A stretch of 64,000 bases of DNA, taken from NCBI GenBank assembly GCA_951406725.2, contig OX597816.1:1612001-1676000 (forward strand), in the 5' to 3' direction. Shown piece after piece: positions 37,291 to 49,761 of the stretch (within the stretch, counting starts at the first letter, position 1; each line of letters starts with the position of its first letter). The DNA is from Octopus vulgaris (taxonomy: Eukaryota). The notes beneath the pieces were generated by a model. The model was not told the DNA's origin. It did no database searches and saw nothing but the letters and a program-made list of their open reading frames with translations. A program made the translations under genes and the position numbers.

Positions 37291-40200
37291 TTACACTTTT
37301 GGGGTGCAACTTGGGTGCAACACAATTTCCTTTCTTTTTGTTTCTAGAAACTACCAGTCAGGAACGAAACGCAAGTTTTAAAATATATACAATTCTTTAT
37401 TCTCTTAATCAACAATGAAACACGATGGTATACTGGTATCCACCTAGTTCAACACAGCAAGGCTGAATTCAAACGTTCGTAAGCTTCTTACAACAATTCA
37501 GCAGCAATAGAAGAGGTTAAATCCTAAGCCTCTGGGACAGGAGAATAGGCTGATCACACGTTTAAAAATACGTCTCAAGTCCCCGACGCTATTAAGGAAC
37601 GTGAATAGAATTTCTTCTTCAGTCTCTAGCGCATGTGCATGAGGGAACTTCCTTATGCCTTCCCAGAAGGTTCCAACTCCGCACATGCACACTGAAGAAG
37701 GACGTTCCGCACACGCACACTGAAGAATGACGTTGCGTGTGCGCACACTGGAATATGACGTCACTACAAGCGCTTCACAACGCCTGCTGGAACCGCCTTC
37801 GTAGCTGTTGGACCACTTTTGGTCTCATCCGTCGGCACCAGTCTCTACATGCTAAGGGTAAGCAATCCCTGATTTACACACCGAGGGTTCCACACCCGTC
37901 AGTTACCCTCACCTACTTTGGTTAGTCTGTCAAAGCTGTTGCCCGGAGTGTGGCCACTGTTGCATGCAAACAGTTACGAGGGGCCATAGATGAGGGTTGG
38001 GAGTCAAGTGGGGATCAAGGTGGATGGTCCAACCCTAAAAGGGTGCAACAATCTCCCCATCAAGTGCTACTCTCACCTGACTATCTCAGATAAAAAGAGA
38101 GTATGAAATATAAATATATATAAGACTCATCCATTTTCCTGCAATGACAACAGAGATTGAAAATTCGGCATCTGTAAAGTGACGATTAGAAGTACCGGGA
38201 TTTATTGAAGATTTGTGTTGGCCGTAGACAGTTTCTACTAATTTTTCTGTTTGCGTTGGCAGACACACACGAAAGAATGGTTTATTTGCTGGAGCAACAT
38301 TTCTTTGACTATTTCAGGGGCGATAACTCGATCATTATCGTTTAAAAGTGAAGCCCAAAATATTCAGCATTCTTGGTCCCCCCCCTCTCTCTCTCGTCCA
38401 ACTCAAAATCATTAAAATCTTTCTTTAGCCTATTCTTCTGGCATCACTTCTTGATTAGCCACCATATAATATAATGTAAATGTTTCGTAAGGGCTGAATG
38501 GAAATTAAGGTCGTGTTCTACCTTTCTCCAATTTCACAGCTGTTGTACTGACAGACTCTAATATCACCGAAAACGGGGTTTTTAGCATCACACTTTCACC
38601 GAAATGTCACCTGAAGTGTCACCACTTTTGATTCTCAACTCCTAAAAACCATTCCGTTTGCTCTGAACTCGTTTTGTTTTGCTTAATTTTGTTAATCCTT
38701 GTCCTGTCTCTAGATTTAGTCTTAATTAAAACTATCGTCTGTGATCGCCGCATTAATTTTGTTAACCCTTCTGGGCCGCAGTCCAATGACTGAAACAAGT
38801 AGAATGTAAAGGTATTATCTTATACCGTTTACTTGTTTCATTTACTGGACTGCGGCCATACTGGGGCACCACAGCAAAGGTTTCGGTCGAATAAATCGAC
38901 AGCAGTAGCTGCGTGGTATTTGCACTATCAGTGTTTTTGTCGAATTGCTAAGTTATAGTGACGTAAACAAACCAACGCTGGTTGTCAAGTGGTTCTAGGA
39001 CACAGATACACACTCGCGCGCGACAGGCTGCTCAGTTTTCGCCCATTCACAAGGCTTTTGTCAGCCATCGCTCCTACTATTCATATACAGAAGACACTTT
39101 CCCAAGGTGTTACGCTGTGGGATTGAACCTAGAGCGATGTGGTTGGGAGGCAAACTTCCCACCACACAGCCACGCTTCGTCATTGCCGTTTATTTTTACA
39201 GACTCGTGCATTATTACCCTGCTTCTCTGACGATATCTACAAAAACCATATTTGCAGGGGTCTCCGTGTCTGCTACAATATCAGACCCTAAAATTAATTA
39301 ATTGTAACCCTGATGAGTTAGCGCAATGTTTCCCAAAGTTATTTTGTTGTGGAACCCACGTCTACATTTTGCGGTCACCCATCACCAAAGCCCGAATTTT
39401 AATAAAACATTAAATAAAATAAAATTTTTTGTGGGGGAAAAATTATTCAACTTATTTTGAAATAGTGAATACTATTCTCTTTCCTTTAAAAATTTTCATT
39501 AAATTCCATTATTGGAACTCCGTCTTACCGAAATCCAGATTTTTTAAAAAAATGAAATGCAACATTCTCTGAGAAGCCCTGAAGAAAATATTGCAGGAAC
39601 TTGTTTTACGCTTTTGATTTTGAGTTGTCTCCCTTACCTTTGGTGATATTCAGCATTATTCAATAACGATCACCTCTCCTCGATAATCGATGCCATTCTC
39701 AGCATTCGTTGTTGATTTTTCTGTATAAGATGTCACTGTATTTCAAGTAACATTCTGAAAAATTCCCGTAAGCGAGGCAGACTGAGGCGTGTACAATTAA
39801 TTATGTGAACAGGCGAAAAAAATAACTTATTCAGAAAAGACTTCTGTGGGGGAAAAATTTCATTGAAATGGTGAAAGTGTGTGAAAGAAGGATTGGGTTT
39901 AAAAGTTTGTACTGGGCGAGGGAGGATAAGATGCAATAAGGATGACAAGAGGAGAAAGGGGGGGAAAAGGGGCTAATGTTTTTGGTAGGGTTGAGTGTAG
40001 GTGGTTTACAAGGAACTATTTTCATGGGATCAGAGGCTTTCATTGCAGTGAAATAGGAAACAGTATGTTTGTGGGCCAGAGGTCGTAATACCTTGGTGAG
40101 GGAGTTTGTGCTGGTGCAGTTAAGTGGCCTTCATTGAAATGCAGTCTTGTAGGTTTGATTGCATGGTTGCAGGAACTGTATTCCATTGTGAGTTTTAATT

Positions 40201-40753
40201 TTTGTGAAAAAATCAACAATTGATCAAAATTGAAGTATTTTCAGGCCCCACAGAGAATTGATGGTGATTTAGTTACATTATTTATCTGGAGTTACCAGGA
40301 AAAATGCTCTAAGATTGTGAAGCTTAACCATTGTTGTAATTTTGAGGGTTTTGACTGCTGGAAAGAACGATATACAAAATTGTATTTTAGAGATCATCAA
40401 AGACTGTGCCTCTGTGTTAATAGGACAAAATTGTCCTGTCTCCATTAGAGGACTCTGCGGTAGTAGTAGTGGCGGCAGTGGTGTTGTTGCATGGAACACA
40501 CCAAAGTTGCTGGAAAGCAGGTAAGCCAGGGCCTTGTCCACTCACTGCAATGTTGTAATCTAAGAGAAATCTTCTACGTTAAGAGATGCAAGACTGGACA
40601 AAAATGGTACAAGAATGAACTGACAACCATCTTGCCCCAACCTGTACAAAGACAGAAGTTTCAAATATTATACAATTAACAACTTATTTAATAAAAAAAT
40701 ATTGTCTTTTGATTTTTGATTTTATTTATTTTTCTGCATTTTTTTTCTTTCAG

Positions 40754-40797
40754 AGAAATTTAATATTCGCAACCCTACAAAGAGGAAGGGCTTCGAG
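40754..40797 (+). CDS. CPT2: CPT2 putative exon 2 (RNLIFATLQRGRAS), rest of presequence
   Basis: Long polypyrimidine tract with tttcag acceptor and donor AG|gtattt. Phase 0 to 2 bridges exon 1 to 44647 in frame. Confidence 0.7.
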
Positions 40798-41044
40798 GTA
40801 TTTCAAAATTATTTCTGTTTATTACTTTTTTTATTCTCTATTTTTGTTCTTCTTAATCTGTTTAAGAATTTCCCACTTTTTTTTTATTACCTTCTATCTG
40901 TATTGTTGTTTTGTGTAATATTTCTTGTTACTGTCATCATAATCATCGTTGTCATCATCTTCTTCTTGGATGGTAGACTGGAAGAATCAATAAAGTGTGG
41001 GACCAAGTGCCTTCTGCTGTTTTATCTGATCCTCATCAAATAAC

Positions 41045-41505
41045 ATTATTTACGATGGACGGACAGGTGTCCTCACCTTGTTGTTACATTTCAGCTGATT
41101 TACTCCAGCCTTCATCAGGTGTCCTGGTGGAATATTGGACCCAACCCTTTATTTGATTAATGGGGGTACACTGTTCTCATTCCTAAGGTATGTGGTTGAT
41201 GTTATTTTTCAAGTCCCTGCTTGGGATTGAACTTAGAATCCGAATGTAGTGGATAAGAGTGCGGCCTACTTACCCTCAGATTCTAAGTTCATTCCCAGGC
41301 AGAGACTTGAAAAATAATATCAACACAAAAATAACATCGACAACATACCTTAGGAATGAGAAGAGAGTACCCCATTAATCAAATAAAGGGTTGGGTTCGA
41401 AATTGCACCAGGACACCTGATGAAGGCTGGGGAGTAGATCAGCCGAAACGCTATGGTAACAACAAACAAGGTGAGGACACTTCTCTGTCCATTGTAAATA
41501 GTGTA
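41045..41505. repeat. About 460-bp imperfect inverted repeat with a tRNA-like centre and hammerhead cores in both arms
   Basis: About 41045-41240 is reverse-complementary to about 41280-41505. Confidence 0.85.
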
Positions 41506-41884
41506 CATAATTCCTCATCTCAAAAATATAGAATAATCTCATCAGATAAATATGAGTTCAAATTCACACCAAGATCAATTCTATTTTTCATCCAAGTTCT
41601 TTAAAACAGAGAACCAACCAAGTACTGGCATTGATAGTATTGACTTGCTCCTTCCCCTTAGAACTGCTGACCTTGGGCCCAAATCAGAAACCATTATTTA
41701 AAGGTGGTAGAAGCATTAATATCAGAAAAAAATGCTTTTCACTATTTTCATTCTGGCATTCTACATTCTGAGTTCAAATCTTGCTGGGACCAACTTTGCT
41801 TTTGTCCCTCCCAGGTTCATAAACTAAGGTACCAGTCTAGTACTAGGCTCTGTGATATAAACTAATTTCCTGGCTCAGAATTCT

Positions 41885-42070
41885 ACTCAAATCTCAAGAA
41901 TCTTTCTCAGGATTCTTGCAGAATATAACATGGTTCTTTTCTGCAGGTTGACAAGTTTCAATTCCAATCTCTTTCAGTTCTTTAGGCAGCGTTCTTGGTG
42001 TTGTGCCAAGTTCACCAATTCCTACAGGAATAAATGTTGTCTTGGTCTTTCACAATCTCCTCATCTCTCT
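41885..42070 (-). mobile_element. Short 3' coding fragment of a second R4/Dong-like family
   Basis: Manual translation gives AREMRRL*KTKTTFIPVGIGELGTTPRTL...IGIE, then after a frameshift LQKRTMLYSARILRKILEI*. Confidence 0.65.
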
Positions 42071-42071
42071 G

Positions 42072-42558
<487 letters not shown>

Positions 42559-44646
42559 TAATTAAGGCAGTGAGCTGGCAGAATGGTTAGCACGTTGGGC
42601 AAAATGCTTTGTGGTGTTTCATCTGCCTCTTTGTTCTGAGTTCAATTCTGCTGAGGTCAACTTTTCCTTTCATTCTTCGGGGTCGATAAATTAAGTACCA
42701 GTGAAACACTGGGGTTGATGTAATCAACGACTCCTCTCTCACAAATGCAGAAGTATGTTCTGAGACTATATTATGTGTAGAAAATTCTGGATGTTGAGCT
42801 GATGTGGTCACCAGTTGTCAGGGATGTCTTTGTCCAGCTTCTTCGACAGAGCTCCAGTCCTCTGTCCAATGAAGACCAAAATTGGACACTTGTTATTTGG
42901 AATGTGGTCAAGCATTCACAGTCCTCTACCAGTCTGGCAATGCAGTTAGTAACACGTGAGCCCTTTCATTCTTCAGAAGATTAATTGTAAAAACAAGCAA
43001 CAAAGGTTTTGGGGGGGGAAATTCTAGGTGTTGATAAAGGTTAATTGAACAGAGGAACTTCAACCTGGGAACACTGGTCAACTTCTAGATAATTCCTTGC
43101 TTTGTAGTATTACTAGAGTATTTTTACTGGTTCAGCTGGGCCCTTCTGAGACCCATGCAGAGTAACAAAACCATTCTGCATGTTCTTGTTTAGTTCCAAC
43201 AGTGTCCAAGCAATTCGGATTCATGAAGTTGTGACAAACAGCTGTGGTCAAGTGAAGGATAAATCTCCAGCTCTGTTGACCCAGACCTCAGCCAAATCCT
43301 CGTTAACACCTTTAATTTCTCTTGGATGGAAGCGGAAGCTACTGCCCCCCAATAAATTTCTTGAGAAATTGGTGATTATAGCCTGAATGAAGCTCTTGTA
43401 GGTTGAAGAACACAGCCAGGAGTGGACATTCGCCTTTTGATAGTAAAGGTACCCCAGGGCACTTGCGAGGTTCCTTCACCTTTCCCACCCCTATGTTGTT
43501 CTTCTCCTGTTAAGGTGTTTAATGTAATTTTCTTTTTATTTTGTTGTTTTACTTTCAGCCCTACTCACCTCCTCCTCTCCTCACACCATTTTCTTGTCTT
43601 GTTCTTGTAAGATCATCAAGCACTGCCACACTCCTCCCTCCCCTCCTCTTCATCATCATTAATTTTATGAAGAAGAAGAAGAAAAGAAAAGCAGTGAATG
43701 TAGCTTGAATATTTTTATTAGTTTTTCTGTGTTTGGGATAAAAATTCATCTGGGATCAACATTGATTTTCGTTACTTTTCAATCAATAAAATCCACCCTA
43801 GCATGACCTGGGTTTAATTCAATACATTATGCCCCCACCCCCAGCTTTGTGGTCTTGTGACAGTGAGATATCATCATCATCATCACCATGGAAATGCCTG
43901 GGGTGAGACATCAATGGTGGAGCATATATGAATGGCTTCCAGCATCGTCCATTTCTCTACTTGAACTCCCTCCAAGGGGTCGACCTTATCTTTCATCCTT
44001 TGAGGTTGGCAAATATATATCGAGATTCAGGTATGGCTGCTTCCTAACCAAATGTTCTTTTGTGTTCAGTCTCACGGCACAGTGCCATGGGCAAGTGTCC
44101 TCTGCTGCGGCTCCAGGCTGACCAAAGTCTTACAACTGGATTTGCTTGATGGAATCTGAAAGAAGTTCAGCTTGTCATATGTGTACACGGGTATCTGTGT
44201 TGTACATGTAAGCATATGTATGTGTGTCCTTGTGTGTGTTTAAGTATATGTGTGTGTGTGTGTGTGTGTGCATGTGTGTACCCTTGTTTTGACATCATGT
44301 GATGGTTGTAAACGAGCCTCACCATCACACAAGCAAGGTTGTTCATTTTCAGTCTTTTGTAGGAAACATTCCTGGTCATGGGGGAAATATTACCCCATTT
44401 AGAAACAGGGGTGGGTTGGCAACAGGAAGGGCATCCAGCTATAGAAAATCTGCCTCAGCAAATTCTGTCTGACCCATCCAAGCATGGAAAAATCAACACT
44501 AAAATGATGATGACAATGATGATGGTGATGATGATAAAGATGGCCCCTCTTAGATTCCCATCCCTGATCTGATGGAAGAAATCACTTTTGTTGTTGCTTT
44601 TCTTTTTTCTCTTTTCAAAACCATGTCTTTTATGCTTTTATTCCAG

Positions 44647-44834
44647 TTCAGAATTTCTGAAGAAAAGCAAAGTACCGACTTACCATTTTCAAAAGAGTCT
44701 CCCCAGACTTCCAATACCTAAACTAGAAGACACATGTAGAAATTATCTGCTGACCCAGAAGGCCTTACTCAACGAAACACAATATCAGTCAACGGAGAAA
44801 ATTGTCAAAGAATTTGAACAAAACGAAGGCAAAA
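44647..44834 (+). CDS. CPT2: CPT2 exon 3 (SEFLKKSKVPTYHFQKSLPRLPIPKLEDT...NEGK)
   Basis: Carnitine acyltransferase signature SLPRLPIPKLEDT. Acceptor ttccag, donor A|gttagt. Confidence 0.95.
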
Positions 44835-45119
44835 GTTAGTAAAACAGCTGTTATTTTCTTGTTTTATGAAATACAAAGACAAAAAGCAAAAAATGGCTGT
44901 CCCTTTATTTGTTGACCCATTTTGGGTGGGTGGGGGTTACATGGCTGTGTGGTTAACAAATTTATTCCCCAAGCATATGGTTTCTGGTTCAATCCCACTG
45001 TGTGGTGCCATAGTCTCAGGCCCATCAAAGCCTTGTCCATAATTTGCTAAACAGAAATTGAAAGAAGCCCATCATATATATATATAGTTCTATATTTAAG
45101 AGATGAGGAATTATGGACA

Positions 45120-45412
45120 TTATTTACATTTGTCGGATATTTGTCCTCATCTTGTTTGTTGTTAACACAACGTTTCGGCTGATATACCCTCCAGCCTTCA
45201 TCAGGTGTCTTGGGGAAATTTCGAACCTGGGTTCTCATTCCTAAGATATTTTTTGATGTTATTATTATTATTATTCATCGAAAAATACCTTAGGAATGAG
45301 AACCCAGGTTTGAAATTTCCCCAAGACACCTGATGAAGGCTGGAGGGTATATCAGCCAAAACGTTGTGTTAACAACAAACAAAATGAGAACAAATATCCG
45401 TCAAATGTGAAT
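45120..45412. repeat. Near-perfect inverted repeat of the same family
   Basis: About 45120-45260 is reverse-complementary to about 45276-45412, with a (TTA)n spacer. Confidence 0.9.
45164..45210 (-). ncRNA. Putative minimal hammerhead motif in the left arm of an inverted repeat
   Basis: Minus strand reads AGACAC-CTGATGA-a-GGCTG-gagggtatat-CAGCC-GAAAC-GTT-GTGTT. Confidence 0.55.
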
Positions 45413-45707
45413 ATCATCATCATCATTTAGCGTCCGTTTTCCATGCTAGCATGGGTTGGACGGTTCTACTGGGGTCTGTGAAGCCAGAAGGCTTCATCAG
45501 GCCCAGTCAAATCTGGCAGTGTTTCTACGGCTGGATGCCCTTCCTAACGCCAACCACTCCGTGAGTGTAGTGGGTGCTTTTTACGTGCCACCCGCACTGG
45601 TGCCAGACAGAGCTGGCAAACGGCCACGAACGGATGGTGCTTTTTATGTGCCACCGGCACGAGGGCCAGGCGAGGCTGGCAACGGACAAGGCTGGCAACG
45701 GACAAGG

Positions 45708-45741
<34 letters not shown>

Positions 45742-46366
45742 ATCATCATCATTGATTAACATCCGTTTTCCATGCTGGCATGGGTTGGACGATTTGACTG
45801 AGGTCTGGAGAGCCTGTAGTTGCAGCAGGCTCCAAAATGGTCTGGCAGAGTTTCTATAAATATATATCCCCCCCTCTCTCTCTTTCGGAGAGGCACAAGC
45901 ACCTACACGCACATATACACACACGGCAGTAACTCCCACCTACCGAATTCAATCACAAAGCTCCGGTCGGCTCGGGGCTATAGTGGAAGACACCTACCCA
46001 AAGTGCCACGCAGTGGGACTGAACCCGAAACCATATATTTATAGTTGCAGGAGTGGCTTCATGCTAAGAAGCTTGCTTCTCAACCACATAGCTCTGGGCT
46101 CAGTCCCACTGCGTGGCACCTTGGACAAGTATCTTCTACTACAGCCTCGGGCTGACCAAAGCCTTGTGAGTGGATCTAGTAGATGGAAACTGAAAGAAGC
46201 CCGTCGTACGTATGTGTGTGTGTGTGTGTGTGTGTGTTGACTTTGCCTTTTATCCTCTCAGGGTCCATAAAATATTTACTAGTTGAACACCGGGGTCGGT
46301 GTAATTGACTTACCCCCTTTCCCCAAATTGCTGGCCTTGTGCCAAAATTTGTACCCACTGTTGTTG

Positions 46367-46410
<44 letters not shown>

Positions 46411-47027
46411 ATATATATGCTGGACTGACTCCTGTGCAGGTGGCAAGTGAAGAAACACCATTTCGACCCTGTTCTTGAGGAGATCCATTGAGTCAAGTAC
46501 ACCGACATCAAAATCAATGGAAACTGCAGTTGTGATCCCTGAGCCAGTGGCACGTAAACAGCACCATCTGAAGGTGGCCGATGCCAGCGCCGCGTAGACT
46601 GGCTTCCGTGCCGGTGGCACGTAAAAAGCGCTATCCGAATCATGGCCGATGCCAGCGTCGCCTCGATTGGCTTCCGTGCTGGTGGCACGTAAAATGCACC
46701 AATCCGATCGTGGCCGTTGCCAGCCTCGCCTGGTACCTGTGCAGGTGGCACGTAAAAAGCACCCACTACACTCGCGGAGTGGTTGGCATTAGGAAAGGCA
46801 TCCAGCCGTAGAAACTCTGCCAGATCAGACTGGAGCCTGGTGCAGCCTTCTGGCTTTCCAGATCCCCGGTCGAACCATCCAACCCATGCTAGCATGGAGA
46901 ACGGACGTTAAACGATGATGAGGATGATGATGATATATATATATATATTTGAAACCACTGTTATTATTATTGTTTTTATTATTACATATATATATATACA
47001 TGTGTGTGTGGGTGTATATATTTTCAG

Positions 47028-47087
47028 CCCTTCATGATGAACTTGTTGCTCTGGATAAAGCGAACAAACATACCAGTTACATTTCGG
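47028..47087 (+). CDS. CPT2: CPT2 exon 4 ([19 protein letters not shown]), ends at a GC donor
   Basis: Matches CPT2 [20 protein letters not shown]. Acceptor ttttcag. Only G|gcaagt gives the phase required by the next exon. Confidence 0.92.
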
Positions 47088-48067
47088 GCAAGTATTTCTT
47101 TTTCATTCTTCATGGTATATTAATTTTGAAATCTCTGTCAAAACAGAACCTTTTACAAAGAGAATAACAGAATATGAAGATTACAGAATACTAGAATATT
47201 GGCCTATAATATTAGAGTCTCAGAATATGAAATTATTGGAATAACACAACATTTGATTATCAGAATAATAGTTTCATAATAACACAACGTAATTCTGTTG
47301 GACATTACATAATGTTTTGCTCATTGAAAGTTTAGAATTGGAATAAAATAAAATATGGGGTGAATTGAGAGTTTCTTTTATAATTAATTTCCAGACAGAA
47401 CTGGAGTGCTTCTTGTGAGGTCCTGGGCTGCTGGTTATCTTGGTTCAGGCATCGCTATAAAATAATAAGAGCTGGTACATGTGCTTGACTCCTCCAGCTA
47501 CACTTTACATTGTAAAGAGAGTAAGAGAGCGAGAGAGAGCTAACACATGAAGTGCAAAATGAGTGCACATATTAGGCTTGGTGGCAGGCAATGAATAACA
47601 ATGCTATGCACATGCGCAGTAAGAGAGAAAGAATCACAGAGACAGTGGAAGAGGAGGAAGTGACACAATGCAGCTCAAAAAAGAAAAAAACAGACTCTGC
47701 AATTGTTAATATTTAGTTTAATGAATATTTTCATAAGTGTGTCTGTGTGGTAAGTAGCTTGCTTACGAACCACATGGTTCTGGGTTCAGTCCCACTGTGT
47801 GGCACCTTGGGCAAGTGTCTTCTACCATAGCCTCGGACCGACCAAAGCTTTGTGAGTTGATTTGGTAGACAGAAACTGATAGTTGTGAGTGTCACAGTTT
47901 CCAGTCTTCAATGGAAACATGTCTGGTCAAAGGGAAATAGCTTAATTGTAATCAGGTGAAAATTGACAACAGAAGGGCAGCCAGCTGTAGAAAATCTGCC
48001 TCAATGAATTCCACCCCAACCCATGCAAGCATGGAAAAGTGGATGCTGAAAATGACAACAATGATGA

Positions 48068-48508
48068 TGCCGGTGGCACGTAAAAAGCACCATCCGTTCG
48101 TGGCCGTTGCCGGCGCTGCCCCAACTGGCCTCGTGCTGGTGGCACGTAAAAAGCACCATACATTCGTGGCTGTTGCCGGCGCTGCCCCGACTGGCCTCGT
48201 GCCGGTGGCACGTAAAAAGCACCATCCGTTCGTGGCCGTTGCCAGCGCCGCCCCGACTGGCCTCGTGCTGGTGGCACATAAAAAGCACCATCCGATCGTG
48301 GCCATTTGCCAGACTCGTCTGGCACGTAAAAAGCACCCACTACACTCATGGAGTGGTTGGCGTTAGGAAGGGCATCCAGCCGTAGAAACATTACCAGATC
48401 AGACTGGGCCTGGTGCAACCTTCTGGCTTCCCAGATCCCCGGTTGAACCGTCCAACCCATGCTAGCATGGAAAGCGGACGCTAAACGATGATGATGATGA
48501 TGATGATG
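48068..48508 (+). mobile_element. Isolated RTE 3'-UTR fragment with a 66-bp tandem hairpin array (similar fragments at 8700-9245, 12290-12812, 18608-19204, 45415-45705, 46500-46932, 49930-50290, 60230-60963, 61110-61390)
   Basis: GTGCCGGTGGCACGTAAAAAGCACC units at 48068, 48133, 48199 and 48265, a partial unit at 48321, then the LINE tail and (GAT)n. Confidence 0.88.
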
Positions 48509-48526
48509 TATGTCTGTCTGTCTGTC

Positions 48527-48586
<60 letters not shown>

Positions 48587-49324
48587 GCAGAAGGAAGCTA
48601 TTGTTAAGAAGTTAACGGCCTTAATTTTCTGATTCCCTCTTGAAAGTTGGAACCACAAACAGAATATAGCAACAATTACCAAATGGTAATTAAAAATAAA
48701 AAAAAAAAGTTAAATTTGATTAAATGAAAACTAATTTAAGAAAAATTTACAATCATTAAATTAAGTCCTTCAATATAAAGTTGTAATTTCATTAACAGCA
48801 TTTATTAGAAAATATAAATTTCTAGATTAAATTTACCAATATCCCATGCAAGCACGCATACGCAAGCACGCACACGTAAGCACGCATACGCAAGCACGCA
48901 CACGCAAGCACTCACACGCATAAACACATAGAACCACATTTATGTGGGTTTCAAAATATAAGCAGTTTTAAGATGGAGAAATAAGCTTAATCCAATCATA
49001 ATTTCCTCCATTTGCAAAGAAACAAAGCAGCAGATTAATAAAGTCAATTAAATCAACATTTAATTATTGTTTTGTACTTATTTTATTGAGTTTGTAATAA
49101 AGGGTTTAGTTGTGTAGTTACTAAGTGTATTTCACGGGGTTGTGGTCTCTGGTTCAGTCCCACTGTAAGGAACATGGCATTTACAGTTTGACCCTACCAG
49201 GGGCCTGAATTTGTGAGTAGGGTATTTCGGAGCAGCCAGGCAAGATGAAGTACCTTCTTCTGTAGCTTCAGGTACACGAATGCCCTGTGAAGATCGCGTG
49301 TGTGTGTGTGTGTGTGTGTGTGTT

Positions 49325-49368
<44 letters not shown>

Positions 49369-49657
49369 TTTGTTTTCTTGTGTTGACATTATGTGGTGGT
49401 TGTAAATGAGAATCACTGTCATACAAGCGGTGCTGTTCATTTGCCATCTTCTGTGAAAAACCTGTCAGGCCATGAGAAAATATTACCTTGCTTGGTGAGG
49501 GTTGGCAACAGGAAGAAAATCTGATCCATCCAAGCATGGAAGAGTGGACGTTAAAACGATGCTGCTGCTGATGATAGTGATTGTGTGTGTGTGTGTGTGT
49601 GTGTATGTGTGTGAGATGTTTTACTGTTGATATTGATTTTGTTATTGATTTGGACAG

Positions 49658-49761
49658 CTCCTTGGTTTGATATGTATTTGAAAGATCGACGTCCAGTTGT
49701 ACTGAATCACACCCCATTCACGACAGTCATTGATGACCCACGGCCGGAATACAACACCCAG
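49658..49761 (+). CDS. CPT2: CPT2 exon 5 (PWFDMYLKDRRPVVLNHTPF...PRPEYNTQ)
   Basis: PWFDMYL motif. Acceptor gacag, donor CAG|gtaaat, 104 nt. Confidence 0.94.

Noticed and set aside
40391-40520. Possible extra CPT2 exon (ttttag acceptor, strong CAG|gtaagc donor)
   Set aside because: Joined to the phase-0 first exon it hits a stop after 9 codons, whereas 40754-40797 fits in frame. At most it is a cryptic or poison exon.
48068-48340. CRISPR array (palindromic repeat with regular spacing)
   Set aside because: The spacers are near copies of each other, there are no cas genes, the context is eukaryotic, and the array is part of a LINE 3' UTR.
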